From Patescibacteria group bacterium (lineage in GTDB: Bacteria; Patescibacteriota; Patescibacteriia; UBA10025; JAHIVO01), in NCBI GenBank assembly GCA_049325535.1, contig JBMOKY010000001.1, positions 621,942 to 685,941 on the forward strand: 64,000 nt of DNA, written 5' to 3'. Made by a program: the position numbers and the translations under genes. Numbering within the stretch: the stretch's first letter is position 1; the number at the start of each line of letters is the position of its first letter. The notes under the pieces are model-generated. The model saw only the letters and a list, made by a program, of their open reading frames with translations. It ran no database searches and was not told the origin of the DNA. Of this stretch, positions 27,771 through 36,999 are shown piece after piece.

Positions 27771-28169
27771 TTATTCCGTTGTTGTGCCGTCAAAATCCTC
27801 ATCATCAGCTTCAGCGGCTGCTTTTGTTTCATGCACGATACCATCTCGATGGTGAGCCGGGGCATACAGAGTATACATTTTCAGCGGCTGATCAGCGGAT
27901 GTATTGATGACATTGTGTTCAGCCCCCGCTGGCACGATGACGGCCATTCCGTCGCTCACCGCATATTCATTATTATCGATAATTACTGTACCCGTGCCTG
28001 ACTCAAACCGAAAAAACTGGTCATTATCAGGATGCGTCTCCAGGCCAATTTCCTCTTTTGGCTGCAGGCTCATCAGTACCAGTTGGCTGTGTTTTCCTGA
28101 GTACAGAACTTTACGGAAGTAACTATTTGATACAGTAGCTTCCTCAATATTTTGAGCAAATCCTTTCAT
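27771..28169 (-). CDS. Cupin domain protein
   Basis: QLVLMSL...EIGLETH..NDQFF...IVPAGAEHNVIN. Confidence 0.9.
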   Translation of the reverse strand: MKGFAQNIEEATVSNSYFRKVLYSGKHSQLVLMSLQPKEEIGLETHPDNDQFFRFESGTGTVIIDNNEYAVSDGMAVIVPAGAEHNVINTSADQPLKMYTLYAPAHHRDGIVHETKAAAEADDEDFDGTTTE

Positions 28170-28223
28170 ATAATTTATTTGGCTAATAATCAGATATAAT
28201 CAGTATACCACCGTGTGGTACAT

Positions 28224-28258
28224 AAAAAAACCCGCAGCGTGTATTTTCAAACTGCGGG
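28224..28258 (-). terminator. Intrinsic terminator of the 40-aa ORF
   Basis: CCCGCAG...CTGCGGG followed by T7 on the minus strand. Confidence 0.7.
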
Positions 28259-28287
28259 CGGGCGGGTGGACGACGTACGGCCAGGCG

Positions 28288-28410
28288 CTACTTTTTGGGC
28301 AGCGGGGTGGGCTTGATCGCACCAGTCATCGGCAAGCCGATGTGGTTCAGGGGCCCCTGATAGACCATGATGGTCGTCTTCACCGGTTGATTGACGCGTC
28401 GCTTTGGCAT
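28288..28410 (-). CDS. 40-aa basic small protein (absent from the ORF track)
   Basis: SD AAGGAGG 5 nt before ATG; MPKRRVNQPVKTTIMVYQGPLNHIGLPMTGAIKPTPLPKK; own terminator. Confidence 0.6.
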   Translation of the reverse strand: MPKRRVNQPVKTTIMVYQGPLNHIGLPMTGAIKPTPLPKK

Positions 28411-28474
28411 GTGTCCCTCCTTCACGAAGAGCGTATTGACGCTGAACAAAGCAATCCTGACTTATAGTTTCAAT

Positions 28475-28972
28475 TCAGTCAACGTGAATGATCTGACAGC
28501 GGGACTGTCGACTGCCTATAGTTAGAATAAATGTATCACCCTGCAGTTTTCCGAGTAGCGCGCTTCCGATGGGAGAGGTATGAGAAATAATCCCGCGTCC
28601 GGGATCTGACTCGGATGAACCGAGAATGGTAAATATCTTTTGCTCACCGTCAATCGCAACGGCAACCCGGCTGCCGATCTGCACATGGCCATCCTCAGCG
28701 CGGGCGATGACGACCGCTGACCGAATCATATATTCCAGTTCATCGATTCGGGCGTTGATGCCGCGCAACCGCCCCTTGGCCAACTGATACTCCGCATTTT
28801 CAGAAAAATCCCCCAGCTCACCCAGCCGCTTTGTTTCAGCGATAGCCGCCGGCTGCCGTACCCGCCGCAGGGTATCAAGTTCACGCCGCAGGGCATCCAG
28901 TTTTACCTGGGTCATATGCGGATCAAACGGCATGGTGGTATAGCGGCCGGATTTGCGTTTTGGAATTTGCAT
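28475..28972 (-). CDS. greA: Transcription elongation factor GreA/GreB family
   Basis: GDFSENAEY, ISHTSPIGSALLGK. Confidence 0.9.
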   Translation of the reverse strand: MQIPKRKSGRYTTMPFDPHMTQVKLDALRRELDTLRRVRQPAAIAETKRLGELGDFSENAEYQLAKGRLRGINARIDELEYMIRSAVVIARAEDGHVQIGSRVAVAIDGEQKIFTILGSSESDPGRGIISHTSPIGSALLGKLQGDTFILTIGSRQSRCQIIHVD

Positions 28973-28975
28973 GTC

Positions 28976-29182
28976 TCAATTAAAAAAATGCTGCCAGACA
29001 CTCTCACGGTATGTGGGGCACGGCAGACAATAGCTCGCCTCTTCGGGACACGGAACGCACTGCGCCGGTACCGAAAGATATGGAATACTCACTGCCGCTA
29101 TCACGATAGCGATAACTATTAACCACAGCCACCACCGTCTGACCGCGGGTGGCCGCTGGGGCGAGACATGCGATCCATTCAT
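28976..29182 (-). CDS. Small membrane protein with CxxC-x6-CxxC
   Basis: TM segment followed by CVPCPEEASYCLPCP. Confidence 0.6.
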   Translation of the reverse strand: MNGSHVSPQRPPAVRRWWLWLIVIAIVIAAVSIPYLSVPAQCVPCPEEASYCLPCPTYRESVWQHFFN

Positions 29183-29186
29183 ATTT

Positions 29187-29681
29187 TTAGAAATCATACC
29201 AATCAATCGGATCAATATCAGTCACCTGCTCCGACCGGCCAACGCTCACCGCGATTGGCGCGTGTGACGGGCAATCATATTCCATGCCGCAGGTGACAAA
29301 TTTCGTATACAGTGCCTGGTAATCGCCCTCCTGATAACCAGTCAGCGCATTGAGCTCGGTCACCTCATGACTAAATACCGTATAGACCCCGGGCGGTACT
29401 GAGATATTATAGCCATACCCATTAGCATACTTGTCACTCTCAATCATTTCATAGGTACAGTACTGTTCTGACGCGTTCTGAGTTTGCGCACAGACGCCCA
29501 AAGCCGGAATAAAATCACTAGGATAGCTCAGTGACCCGGAAATCGAACCCCAATGTGCCTGTATGTCTGTCTGCTCCACTGCGTAGGTTTCTGCCGGAAC
29601 GTGGCGCAGCACCAACGCTCCAGCCCCCAGCATAATAACCAGGCACCCCACAATAGTGGAAATAGCGCCAATTTTTTTCAT
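29187..29681 (-). CDS. Hypothetical exported protein
   Basis: N-terminal TM; GSISGSLSYPS; four Cys in the exported part; PIDW end. Confidence 0.7.
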   Translation of the reverse strand: MKKIGAISTIVGCLVIMLGAGALVLRHVPAETYAVEQTDIQAHWGSISGSLSYPSDFIPALGVCAQTQNASEQYCTYEMIESDKYANGYGYNISVPPGVYTVFSHEVTELNALTGYQEGDYQALYTKFVTCGMEYDCPSHAPIAVSVGRSEQVTDIDPIDWYDF

Positions 29682-29684
29682 AAA

Positions 29685-31007
29685 TTAACTAATGCGAATA
29701 TATGACCAGCCTTTGATAAATTCCCGTACTGTGGTTATTTCTTTTTTATACGGATCCAAAACCTTGGCGTCCAGCAGCCGCGGGTCTACCCTGTCCAATT
29801 TGGTCGGCAAAATGCCGGGATTGCCTTCGGCGCCACCAGATAGTTGCTTCAGCTCCGTCACGATATCCTCCCATTCCATATTCGATATACCAGCCGGACG
29901 GATAAGGAGAGAAGTGTGATTGAGTAAATTGCTAAATTTCTCGCCGGTAATCGAGAGCATGGCTTCATGTTTTTGTCCTGGTTCATCCGGATTGTCTCCG
30001 AGATGCATTTCTGACGATAAATTCCGCTCCAGCCACTGCATCGAATCACCACAGCGTCCGTAATTATGCACATCAACAAAATCAGCACTATTGCCATTGA
30101 ACCCATGGTCCAGGATGGCCACGACGTGCTGCCACCAAAACTGCGGATTGAGCATGTTCGTCGAGGTTTCGATTGGACTCATCTGTTGATGAAACCAAGC
30201 GTCAACCTTCTCAGGGGCAAGCAATTCATCTATCTGCGCTTCGGTATAGCGGTAGCCGAGCCGCTGACGAATTCTCTCAATTTCATCTTGGCGATTTATG
30301 ATTTGCCGCGATAGCAATGCGCCGGTTGCAGGGTCAAACGTATAAGTGGTTTCTATCGGTCCTTCGACTTTTATGGTTTGCGATACTTCCCCGCCCTGCC
30401 GCACATCGATCTGACAGATGCAATCCGGAGGATTCCCACTAGCCGAAATGACGGTAGCGTTGTTCCGGCCTCGCAGATATTTTGCGCATACGTCTGTACA
30501 ATTCGCGCCACCGGTGCCGCTGGTACTCAGTGACGGCGCGACAGAATTATCCATATTCACATTCTGATTTACCGACTGATTGACATTCGCTGATGTGTTA
30601 GTGGACGGGGTGGAAGCGGAATTGACATCCCTATTTGTCACCGATGTGGTATTTGTATTTACCGTGGCGGATGGCGTGTCACCCGGGCAATCTTCATCTA
30701 TGTGAACACAGGCATAGAGACATCCGGGACACGCGGAATAATCGTTGCCATAGTAGCAGGCCTTATTCGGGTCAGCTGGATTTTCATTGATACTTCCCGC
30801 TGATCCACAGATGCATCGACTGGTATACGAGTAGTGAGCATCGGGGACTAAACCACAGTTTATCTGCACACAGCCGACGCCGCTGGATGGCTGAAATTCA
30901 TATCCTGTCGGACAGTCGTCAATCGCTGCAGCAGCAGGTATAGCGACGATGAGCATGATCAGCATGCCCAGACAACCGCCCACCCAAACCAATGATGAAT
31001 ATTTCAT
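29685..31007 (-). CDS. Secreted Cys-rich protein with a putative papain/transglutaminase-like C-terminal domain
   Basis: Signal peptide, Cys-rich N-domain, S/T/N linker, then GRCGD...NHT...LDPY. Confidence 0.7.
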   Translation of the reverse strand: MKYSSLVWVGGCLGMLIMLIVAIPAAAAIDDCPTGYEFQPSSGVGCVQINCGLVPDAHYSYTSRCICGSAGSINENPADPNKACYYGNDYSACPGCLYACVHIDEDCPGDTPSATVNTNTTSVTNRDVNSASTPSTNTSANVNQSVNQNVNMDNSVAPSLSTSGTGGANCTDVCAKYLRGRNNATVISASGNPPDCICQIDVRQGGEVSQTIKVEGPIETTYTFDPATGALLSRQIINRQDEIERIRQRLGYRYTEAQIDELLAPEKVDAWFHQQMSPIETSTNMLNPQFWWQHVVAILDHGFNGNSADFVDVHNYGRCGDSMQWLERNLSSEMHLGDNPDEPGQKHEAMLSITGEKFSNLLNHTSLLIRPAGISNMEWEDIVTELKQLSGGAEGNPGILPTKLDRVDPRLLDAKVLDPYKKEITTVREFIKGWSYIRIS

Positions 31008-31069
31008 TGTTACCATATCCTGTCTCTAGTACCAATGGTAGCGCAGTCATTCAGGTTTCGCAACTAGTA

Positions 31070-31098
31070 TTGACGGCATCGAACGACTGCTCTATACT
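31070..31098 (+). promoter_or_regulatory. sigma70 promoter preceding a long structured leader
   Basis: TTGACG-17-TATACT. Confidence 0.65.
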
Positions 31099-31286
31099 CA
31101 CTGGTGCTATGACACGTATCCGCTCCATAGTCCAAAACCCGCCAAAAAACGAGGCTCCTCATACCCTCGTGGCTGGTGCTATGTAGCGATTTGACCGCAT
31201 AACCAGTACCCAATTCCGGCCATGCATGGGCCGGTTTTTTGGTATATGCAAAAATTGTTCATTCCTATATCCATGGAGGTTGTCCA

Positions 31287-31514
31287 ATGAAACCCGAACA
31301 CCTGGTCACCGCGACCGTCGAAGAACTCTTCGACCAGTTCATGCTTCCCGGGCACATCACGTCTGTTGAGGAAGAAACTATGCTTCTCAGCGAACTCTTG
31401 TTCCGGAAACTGACCATCGGCCAGCGCGTCGCCATCCGCCGTAAGATGACTGAGCGCAGGCGCCTGTACAATTACCAATGCATCATGGCACTGGTACATG
31501 ATCAGCTGAGCTGA
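31287..31514 (+). CDS. 75-aa hypothetical protein (SD-led stand-alone unit)
   Basis: SD GGAGGT, ATG at 31287, terminator at 31534-31567. Confidence 0.65.
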   Translation: MKPEHLVTATVEELFDQFMLPGHITSVEEETMLLSELLFRKLTIGQRVAIRRKMTERRRLYNYQCIMALVHDQLS

Positions 31515-31750
31515 TATGCAGGATGAGAGGGATAAACGGCTGTGTTTTCTGCACAGCCGTTTTTTTCTATAAAAAAATTCGGCGGCTAAACACATACCGA
31601 ACACCGGCAGAAAAGTCTTTATGGCACGTGGAACAGCTCATATCGTCCATCCTGCCTCAACGCTCCTTTTTGACAGATACCATGATGAATGGTACAGTGC
31701 AACAATTTAAAAGAGATCATTACATCATATAACCATACAGGAGACACGCC

Positions 31751-32422
31751 ATGGCTGGCTCATTTTCCCGTTTTTTACACAGGGTCAGGAACATTAGTTT
31801 CCTTCCTCGAAACCAGCGTTTCTTCGCTATCTACCAAGCGCAAGTGGATGAAATCCATTTCGCGGCAACCCAGCTCAGCGCGCTGGCGAACAATTCCCAC
31901 CATGCGGTCAAACGCGGCGAACTGCACCGTGAAATCAAGCAGTCTGAATCGCGCGGCGACCAGCAGGTTCGCGACCTATCGCGACTGATCAACGATGCTA
32001 TCACCACACCTTTCTCCCGGGACGCAATCATGCAATTCGGCCAAATCCTCGATGACATCCTTGATGGCATCGAAAGTGCGGCTGATACGCTAGTCAATTT
32101 CGAAGTGCACAATCCGCCCGACGATGTGCGTAAAATGGTCGAGCTGATTGCTCAGGCGGCTGATTGTTTCCGTAATTCTATCGGATACTTCAGCCGATTC
32201 GAAAACCCTATCGAAATCTACGAGGTCATCCGGGAGATCGAGCATGCGGCCGACGAGATCAATAAACTGGGCATCGCGCGAGTGTATCTCAATGCGACTT
32301 CAGTCGATGATCTGATCGCCGCTCAGGCTTTTTCACGGGTCATTGCCCGACTCGAAGACACCGCGGACAAATTCCGTCACGCGGCGGATACCATGAAAGG
32401 AGTGATAGCAAAACGTGTATGA
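31751..32422 (+). CDS. DUF47/PhoU-like Pit accessory protein
   Basis: ESRGD, TPFSRDAI, LDDILD, EHAAD, LEDTAD; overlaps the pit start. Confidence 0.88.
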   Translation: MAGSFSRFLHRVRNISFLPRNQRFFAIYQAQVDEIHFAATQLSALANNSHHAVKRGELHREIKQSESRGDQQVRDLSRLINDAITTPFSRDAIMQFGQILDDILDGIESAADTLVNFEVHNPPDDVRKMVELIAQAADCFRNSIGYFSRFENPIEIYEVIREIEHAADEINKLGIARVYLNATSVDDLIAAQAFSRVIARLEDTADKFRHAADTMKGVIAKRV

Positions 32423-33410
32423 CATACTGTTCCTGATATTCGTGATCATCGCCGCGCTTGCCTATGACTTTGTCAATGGGTTCCATGACGCGGCAAACGC
32501 CATCGCTACCAGCATCGCCAGTAACGCGCTGCAGCCGCGAGCGGCTATCCTGCTCGCCACCACCTTCAACTTCATCGGGGCACTGTCCCATACGGCCGTC
32601 GCTTACACGATCGGCAAAGGCGTCGTCGACTCCAGTGTCATCACCCAGGAGATGCTGGCCGCGGCACTAGTGGCGGCTATCGCCTGGAATCTTGTCACGT
32701 GGAAATGGGGACTCCCCTCTTCGTCGACACATGCCCTGATCGGCGGCTTGATCGGCGCGGCGGTGGTAGGCACGCATTTCGATTGGTCAATCCTGATGCT
32801 GCCGAGCATAAAAAAAATCATGCTCGCCATGATTTTCGCACCGATTGCCGCCTTTATTCTGGCTCTGCTCGTGATCACCGTGATTACATGGACACTGCAC
32901 CGCATGCAGCTCCGACATCGCCAGGTGAATAAACGGGTTAAATCGCTGCAGATCCTATCTGCGGCCTGGATGTCATTTTCCCACGGGATGAATGACGCCC
33001 AAAATGCCATGGGCATCATCACCATCTCGTTGCTGACCTACGGCGTCATTCACCAATTTGAAGTCCCGATGCCAATCCGCATTCTCTGCGCGGCCTCGAT
33101 GGGTGCCGGTACGTTGTTTGGGGGTTGGAGAATCATCCGGACGATAACCGATGAACTGTCAGGAGATGAGCCAATGCCGGTAGATGGTTTTTCCGCGCAA
33201 ACCTCGGCTGGTGGGGTTATCTTCCTCCTCTCACTCTGGGGTGTTCCGATCAGCACTTCCCATGCCATTTCCAGCTGCGTGATGGGTACGACGGCGGCTA
33301 AGCGATTTGGGCTGGTCAATTGGAAAATCGGCGGTAACATGCTCGTCGCCTGGCTGATCACCATCCCGGCGACGGTAATACTGGCCGGACTCCTGACCTA
33401 TGTATTCTAA
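32415..33410 (+). CDS. pit: Inorganic phosphate transporter (PiT family)
   Basis: NGFHDAANAIAT, GLPSSSTHALIG, HGMNDAQ, PISTSH. Confidence 0.95.
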   Translation: MYDILFLIFVIIAALAYDFVNGFHDAANAIATSIASNALQPRAAILLATTFNFIGALSHTAVAYTIGKGVVDSSVITQEMLAAALVAAIAWNLVTWKWGLPSSSTHALIGGLIGAAVVGTHFDWSILMLPSIKKIMLAMIFAPIAAFILALLVITVITWTLHRMQLRHRQVNKRVKSLQILSAAWMSFSHGMNDAQNAMGIITISLLTYGVIHQFEVPMPIRILCAASMGAGTLFGGWRIIRTITDELSGDEPMPVDGFSAQTSAGGVIFLLSLWGVPISTSHAISSCVMGTTAAKRFGLVNWKIGGNMLVAWLITIPATVILAGLLTYVF

Positions 33411-33484
33411 CATCGACCTTTTCACACAACATCAAACAGCGGCTCGGCTCCCCGAATCGCTGTTTTTTTTATTTATACGTACCA

Positions 33485-34258
33485 CTATCGGCTGTGGAAC
33501 GCCCGATATAGCGCAATCGCTGCCGCTAAGGCGACATTCAGCGATTCCACTGACCCGCCTGCCATTTCTATAGCGACAGAAGTGGATAGATATCGGTACA
33601 CCTCGGGGCTGATACCACGCGCTTCATTTCCCAGCACCAGACAAAAAGGATGCTGCCACTCAACCTCCTGTAACGGAGTAGCGCCATTGACCGCCAGACC
33701 ATACATTGGCATTTTTTTTCGTACGTCAGCGAGGGCAGCCGAGGAAACGCGACTGAGACTGAGAATAAATATCGACTCCTTAGCCGCGGCAACCGTCTTT
33801 GGATTATAAAAATCGGCGGTGTCCATATCAGCCATGATCGACCGGACGCCAAATGCCGCGGAGGTTCTGAGGATAGTGCCGACGTTTCCCGGATCACCGA
33901 CTCCGTCCAGATAGACTATCGGGGCGTCCAGACTGGCGGGAATGGACTGAATGCGGCACACCGCGATCATTCCCTGCGTATGTTCGGTGAGGCATACCTT
34001 TTGCAGCAGCGCATCGCTCACTCGAACGACGACTTCTGGTTTGAGCGGCGTGGCGATGGCGGAAAATAATTCCCGCTCTCGGGAGGCAAATGAATCACCG
34101 ACTAATAGTGATTTTATCTGCGCGCCGTGATGCAGTCCGTCACGAACCGTCAGTGGATTATCCACCACAAATAAACCGAGCTGATCGCGATATTTTTTCT
34201 GCTGGAGTTTATGTACCAGCATGACTGCGGGATTGTGAATACTGGTGATGAGAGTCAT
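33485..34258 (-). CDS. TrmH/SpoU RNA methyltransferase
   Basis: DPGNVGTILRT, LGNEARG, ESLNVA. Confidence 0.92.
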   Translation of the reverse strand: MTLITSIHNPAVMLVHKLQQKKYRDQLGLFVVDNPLTVRDGLHHGAQIKSLLVGDSFASRERELFSAIATPLKPEVVVRVSDALLQKVCLTEHTQGMIAVCRIQSIPASLDAPIVYLDGVGDPGNVGTILRTSAAFGVRSIMADMDTADFYNPKTVAAAKESIFILSLSRVSSAALADVRKKMPMYGLAVNGATPLQEVEWQHPFCLVLGNEARGISPEVYRYLSTSVAIEMAGGSVESLNVALAAAIALYRAFHSR

Positions 34259-34821
34259 AGTACGAAAAGCTTGTGCCGGATACAATCAATTAATTCAGGA
34301 AACTCACGTACCGGGCGGTCAGCTGAACCAAAATGGCCCCGGTCGTCATATTCATAGTACTCCGTCCGCAGCTGTTCGTGAATGTGACGCGCCTCGGCGA
34401 TGGGGATAAACGGATCGTCAATGGAGGCAAATTCGATTATCCAGCGCTGGTTTCGCCGAATCCGCTCCCATTGCCATGGGCGATCATAGTACCCACTTAC
34501 TTTTTCGCTCTGCCACCCCAGGTCGGTGTAACAAGCACCGACCAAAACCGAGCCGAGCAATTGGTGCGTTTCCGCGTAGCGCATAGCAGCCACCGCTCCT
34601 GACGAATGGCCGATGATGATCGTGTCTTCAGCCGCACCAAGCACTTCCATATATGGTAACCACACCGACGCTTTTGCTTCAATCGGGTCGGGGAAATCCG
34701 GAGCGAGAACCGGGCAACCCATATGGGTGAGCTGTTCAGCCGCCCAGGGAAACCAATGGTCGCGGCCGGTGCCACCACCATTTCCATGAATCATGAGCAC
34801 GCGCACATCCATGGCCGTCAA
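34255..34821 (-). CDS. RBBP9/YdeN alpha/beta hydrolase
   Basis: IHGNGG, GHSSG nucleophile elbow, DDPFIP, RGHF. Confidence 0.9.
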   Translation of the reverse strand: MTAMDVRVLMIHGNGGGTGRDHWFPWAAEQLTHMGCPVLAPDFPDPIEAKASVWLPYMEVLGAAEDTIIIGHSSGAVAAMRYAETHQLLGSVLVGACYTDLGWQSEKVSGYYDRPWQWERIRRNQRWIIEFASIDDPFIPIAEARHIHEQLRTEYYEYDDRGHFGSADRPVREFPELIDCIRHKLFVL

Positions 34822-36182
34822 ACAAGTTTTACAAACGCGCGCTGTACCACCTCGCTCATAGCCGGATGAATATGGACGCTATCGGTGATAGCCGCGACGC
34901 TTCCACCGGCGCGCATAGCCACTACTACTTCGTGAATCAGGGTCGATGCCTCAGGTCCGATGATGTGACAGCCGAGAATCAGCTGTTTTTTTTCATCAGC
35001 CAGCACTTTCACGAATCCATCCCGCTCCTGATACGCCTCACCCATGGCTGTGGAACTATAGTCAGCCCGACCGACCGTGTACGGTCGGCCTGATTGCCGC
35101 AATTCAGTTTCCGTCGCTCCCACGCCAGCTACCTGCGGATGGGAAAATACCGCGTGCGGCATGACGGCCATGTCTACGGCTATGTGCTGGTCAGTAAACA
35201 TATTTTGGATTGCGTACCGTGCTTGCCAATTCGCACTATGGCGAAACATATGACCGCCGATGACATCGCCGATGGCAAATACACCCGGGACGGATGTTTC
35301 CAGATACTCATTTACCTTGATAAATCCCCGTTCGTCTATGTCGATATCTCCGGCCCGAACCGTGGTCGTGTCAGCATTCGGCGTCACACCCGTGGCGACC
35401 AGCAGTTGGTCAGCACCGATCTCCCGTTTTCCTGTCGGGCCCTGAACGGTAACGGTGAACTGGCCGGCGGTATATTCAACCTTTGTCGCTGTATGCTTGA
35501 GTAATACCGTCTGGCTCCGGGAAAAGACATCGGTAAATACCCGTGCGACATCTTCGTCTTCCCGGTCAATCAAACGGTCACTTGCCTGCACCACGGTCAC
35601 GCGAGTACCCAATGCACTGAAAAAACCACCGAGCTCCACGCCGATATACCCTCCGCCGATGACGACGAGCTCCCGAGGTAATGTGCGTAGCCGCAGCGCT
35701 TCAGTACTAGTGAGATATGGGGTTCCGGCCAGTCCGTCGATCGATGGGATAAACGGACGCGCGCCGACAGCGATAAGTATTTTTTCCGCCGTAATATGCT
35801 CTCCATGTATCTGCAGGGTTTTTTTTCCGACAAATTCTGCATGGCCCTGATACAGTGTAATATTCGGATTACGTTTGGTGCCGCTTTCCATTTTTTGGGC
35901 ATGACTGTCGGTGTAGCCGGTCACGCGCTTCACCAAGCCCGCAAAATCAGTGCCGTCAAACGATGCCTGGAGATTAAAAATCCCCGCCTGCCGGATGGCA
36001 CGCGCGATATCAGCCGTATGCACGTATATTTTCGACGGGATGCACCCCCGGTTGAGGCAAGTTCCGCCAAGCGGGCCGTCCTCGATCAGGGCGACGCGCA
36101 TGCCTCGCTGAGCCGCAAACGACGAAATCTTTGCACCAGCGCCCGAGCCGATGACGATCACGTCAAATTGTTTTTCATTCAT
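34818..36182 (-). CDS. Flavoprotein disulfide reductase (dihydrolipoyl dehydrogenase/mycothione reductase-like)
   Basis: GGTCLNRGCIPSK, GGGYIGVE, HPAMSE. Confidence 0.9.
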   Translation of the reverse strand: MNEKQFDVIVIGSGAGAKISSFAAQRGMRVALIEDGPLGGTCLNRGCIPSKIYVHTADIARAIRQAGIFNLQASFDGTDFAGLVKRVTGYTDSHAQKMESGTKRNPNITLYQGHAEFVGKKTLQIHGEHITAEKILIAVGARPFIPSIDGLAGTPYLTSTEALRLRTLPRELVVIGGGYIGVELGGFFSALGTRVTVVQASDRLIDREDEDVARVFTDVFSRSQTVLLKHTATKVEYTAGQFTVTVQGPTGKREIGADQLLVATGVTPNADTTTVRAGDIDIDERGFIKVNEYLETSVPGVFAIGDVIGGHMFRHSANWQARYAIQNMFTDQHIAVDMAVMPHAVFSHPQVAGVGATETELRQSGRPYTVGRADYSSTAMGEAYQERDGFVKVLADEKKQLILGCHIIGPEASTLIHEVVVAMRAGGSVAAITDSVHIHPAMSEVVQRAFVKLV

Positions 36183-36898
36183 ATGGTTCCGGATAAATAC
36201 TGCTGACGACGGTGCTCGGGAAACTTTTCGATGGCGTAGCGCAACATGGTTCGCGGCATAGCTTGGTAGTTCTTTTTGAGAAACCGCTCCTCGATGCTGC
36301 GATTACGGTTACCGACTTCCCGGAGCATCCAGCCGACCGCTTTATGCATCAGGTCATGCTGATCGCGGAGTAACAGTGTAGCAAGTTTCAGCGTATCCGT
36401 AAAATCACCCTGACGGATGAAGGTATAGGTGGCCAAGATGGCGATCCGCCGGTCCCAGAGGTTTTTCGAACGCGCCAACCGGTACAGTATAGCACGGGGG
36501 CGGTCGAGCAGATATGCGCCGATAATGTTCGGCGCGGTCGTATCCACTAGATCCCAATTATTAATAGAACGCCGATGGCGAAGGTACATACGATTAATTT
36601 TTTTCTTCTGAGTGGCGTCGCCTCGCTCATACTGCTGAATCATGATGTACAGTGACACCATCCGATATTCATGAATCGGGCTCACCAGCAAACGTACGGC
36701 ATCCGAAAGCGGCAGACCCCGGTAGCGCTTGGCGATCGACCGGAGTACAGGAACCCTGATGCCGATAAACTGATCACCCGCTCCATAGTCTCCTTTCCCG
36801 GTTTTGAAAAACCATCGGGCGATTTTTGCCTGAGCCGGACTCGACGCGCCGCGTAATTCATGGCGCAGGGCGGCTAGTGATGATTTGAGCGTTGGCAT
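36179..36898 (-). CDS. AlkD-family DNA alkylation repair protein
   Basis: FFKTGKGDYG, NNWDLVD, KAVGWMLRE, RTMLRYAIE. Confidence 0.9.
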   Translation of the reverse strand: MPTLKSSLAALRHELRGASSPAQAKIARWFFKTGKGDYGAGDQFIGIRVPVLRSIAKRYRGLPLSDAVRLLVSPIHEYRMVSLYIMIQQYERGDATQKKKINRMYLRHRRSINNWDLVDTTAPNIIGAYLLDRPRAILYRLARSKNLWDRRIAILATYTFIRQGDFTDTLKLATLLLRDQHDLMHKAVGWMLREVGNRNRSIEERFLKKNYQAMPRTMLRYAIEKFPEHRRQQYLSGTI

Positions 36899-36999
36899 AC
36901 CACTGGGAATGATATCAGAGAATTACAGACTGGACAAAATCGTTAAAATACGCTATAATACATATAGAAAATGAAAAACAAAAACTAACACCAGCACGA

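Noticed and set aside
34818-36182. Pyruvate dehydrogenase E3 or mercuric reductase assignment
   Set aside because: No E1/E2 neighbours and no C-terminal Cys-Cys pair; left as a generic disulfide reductase.
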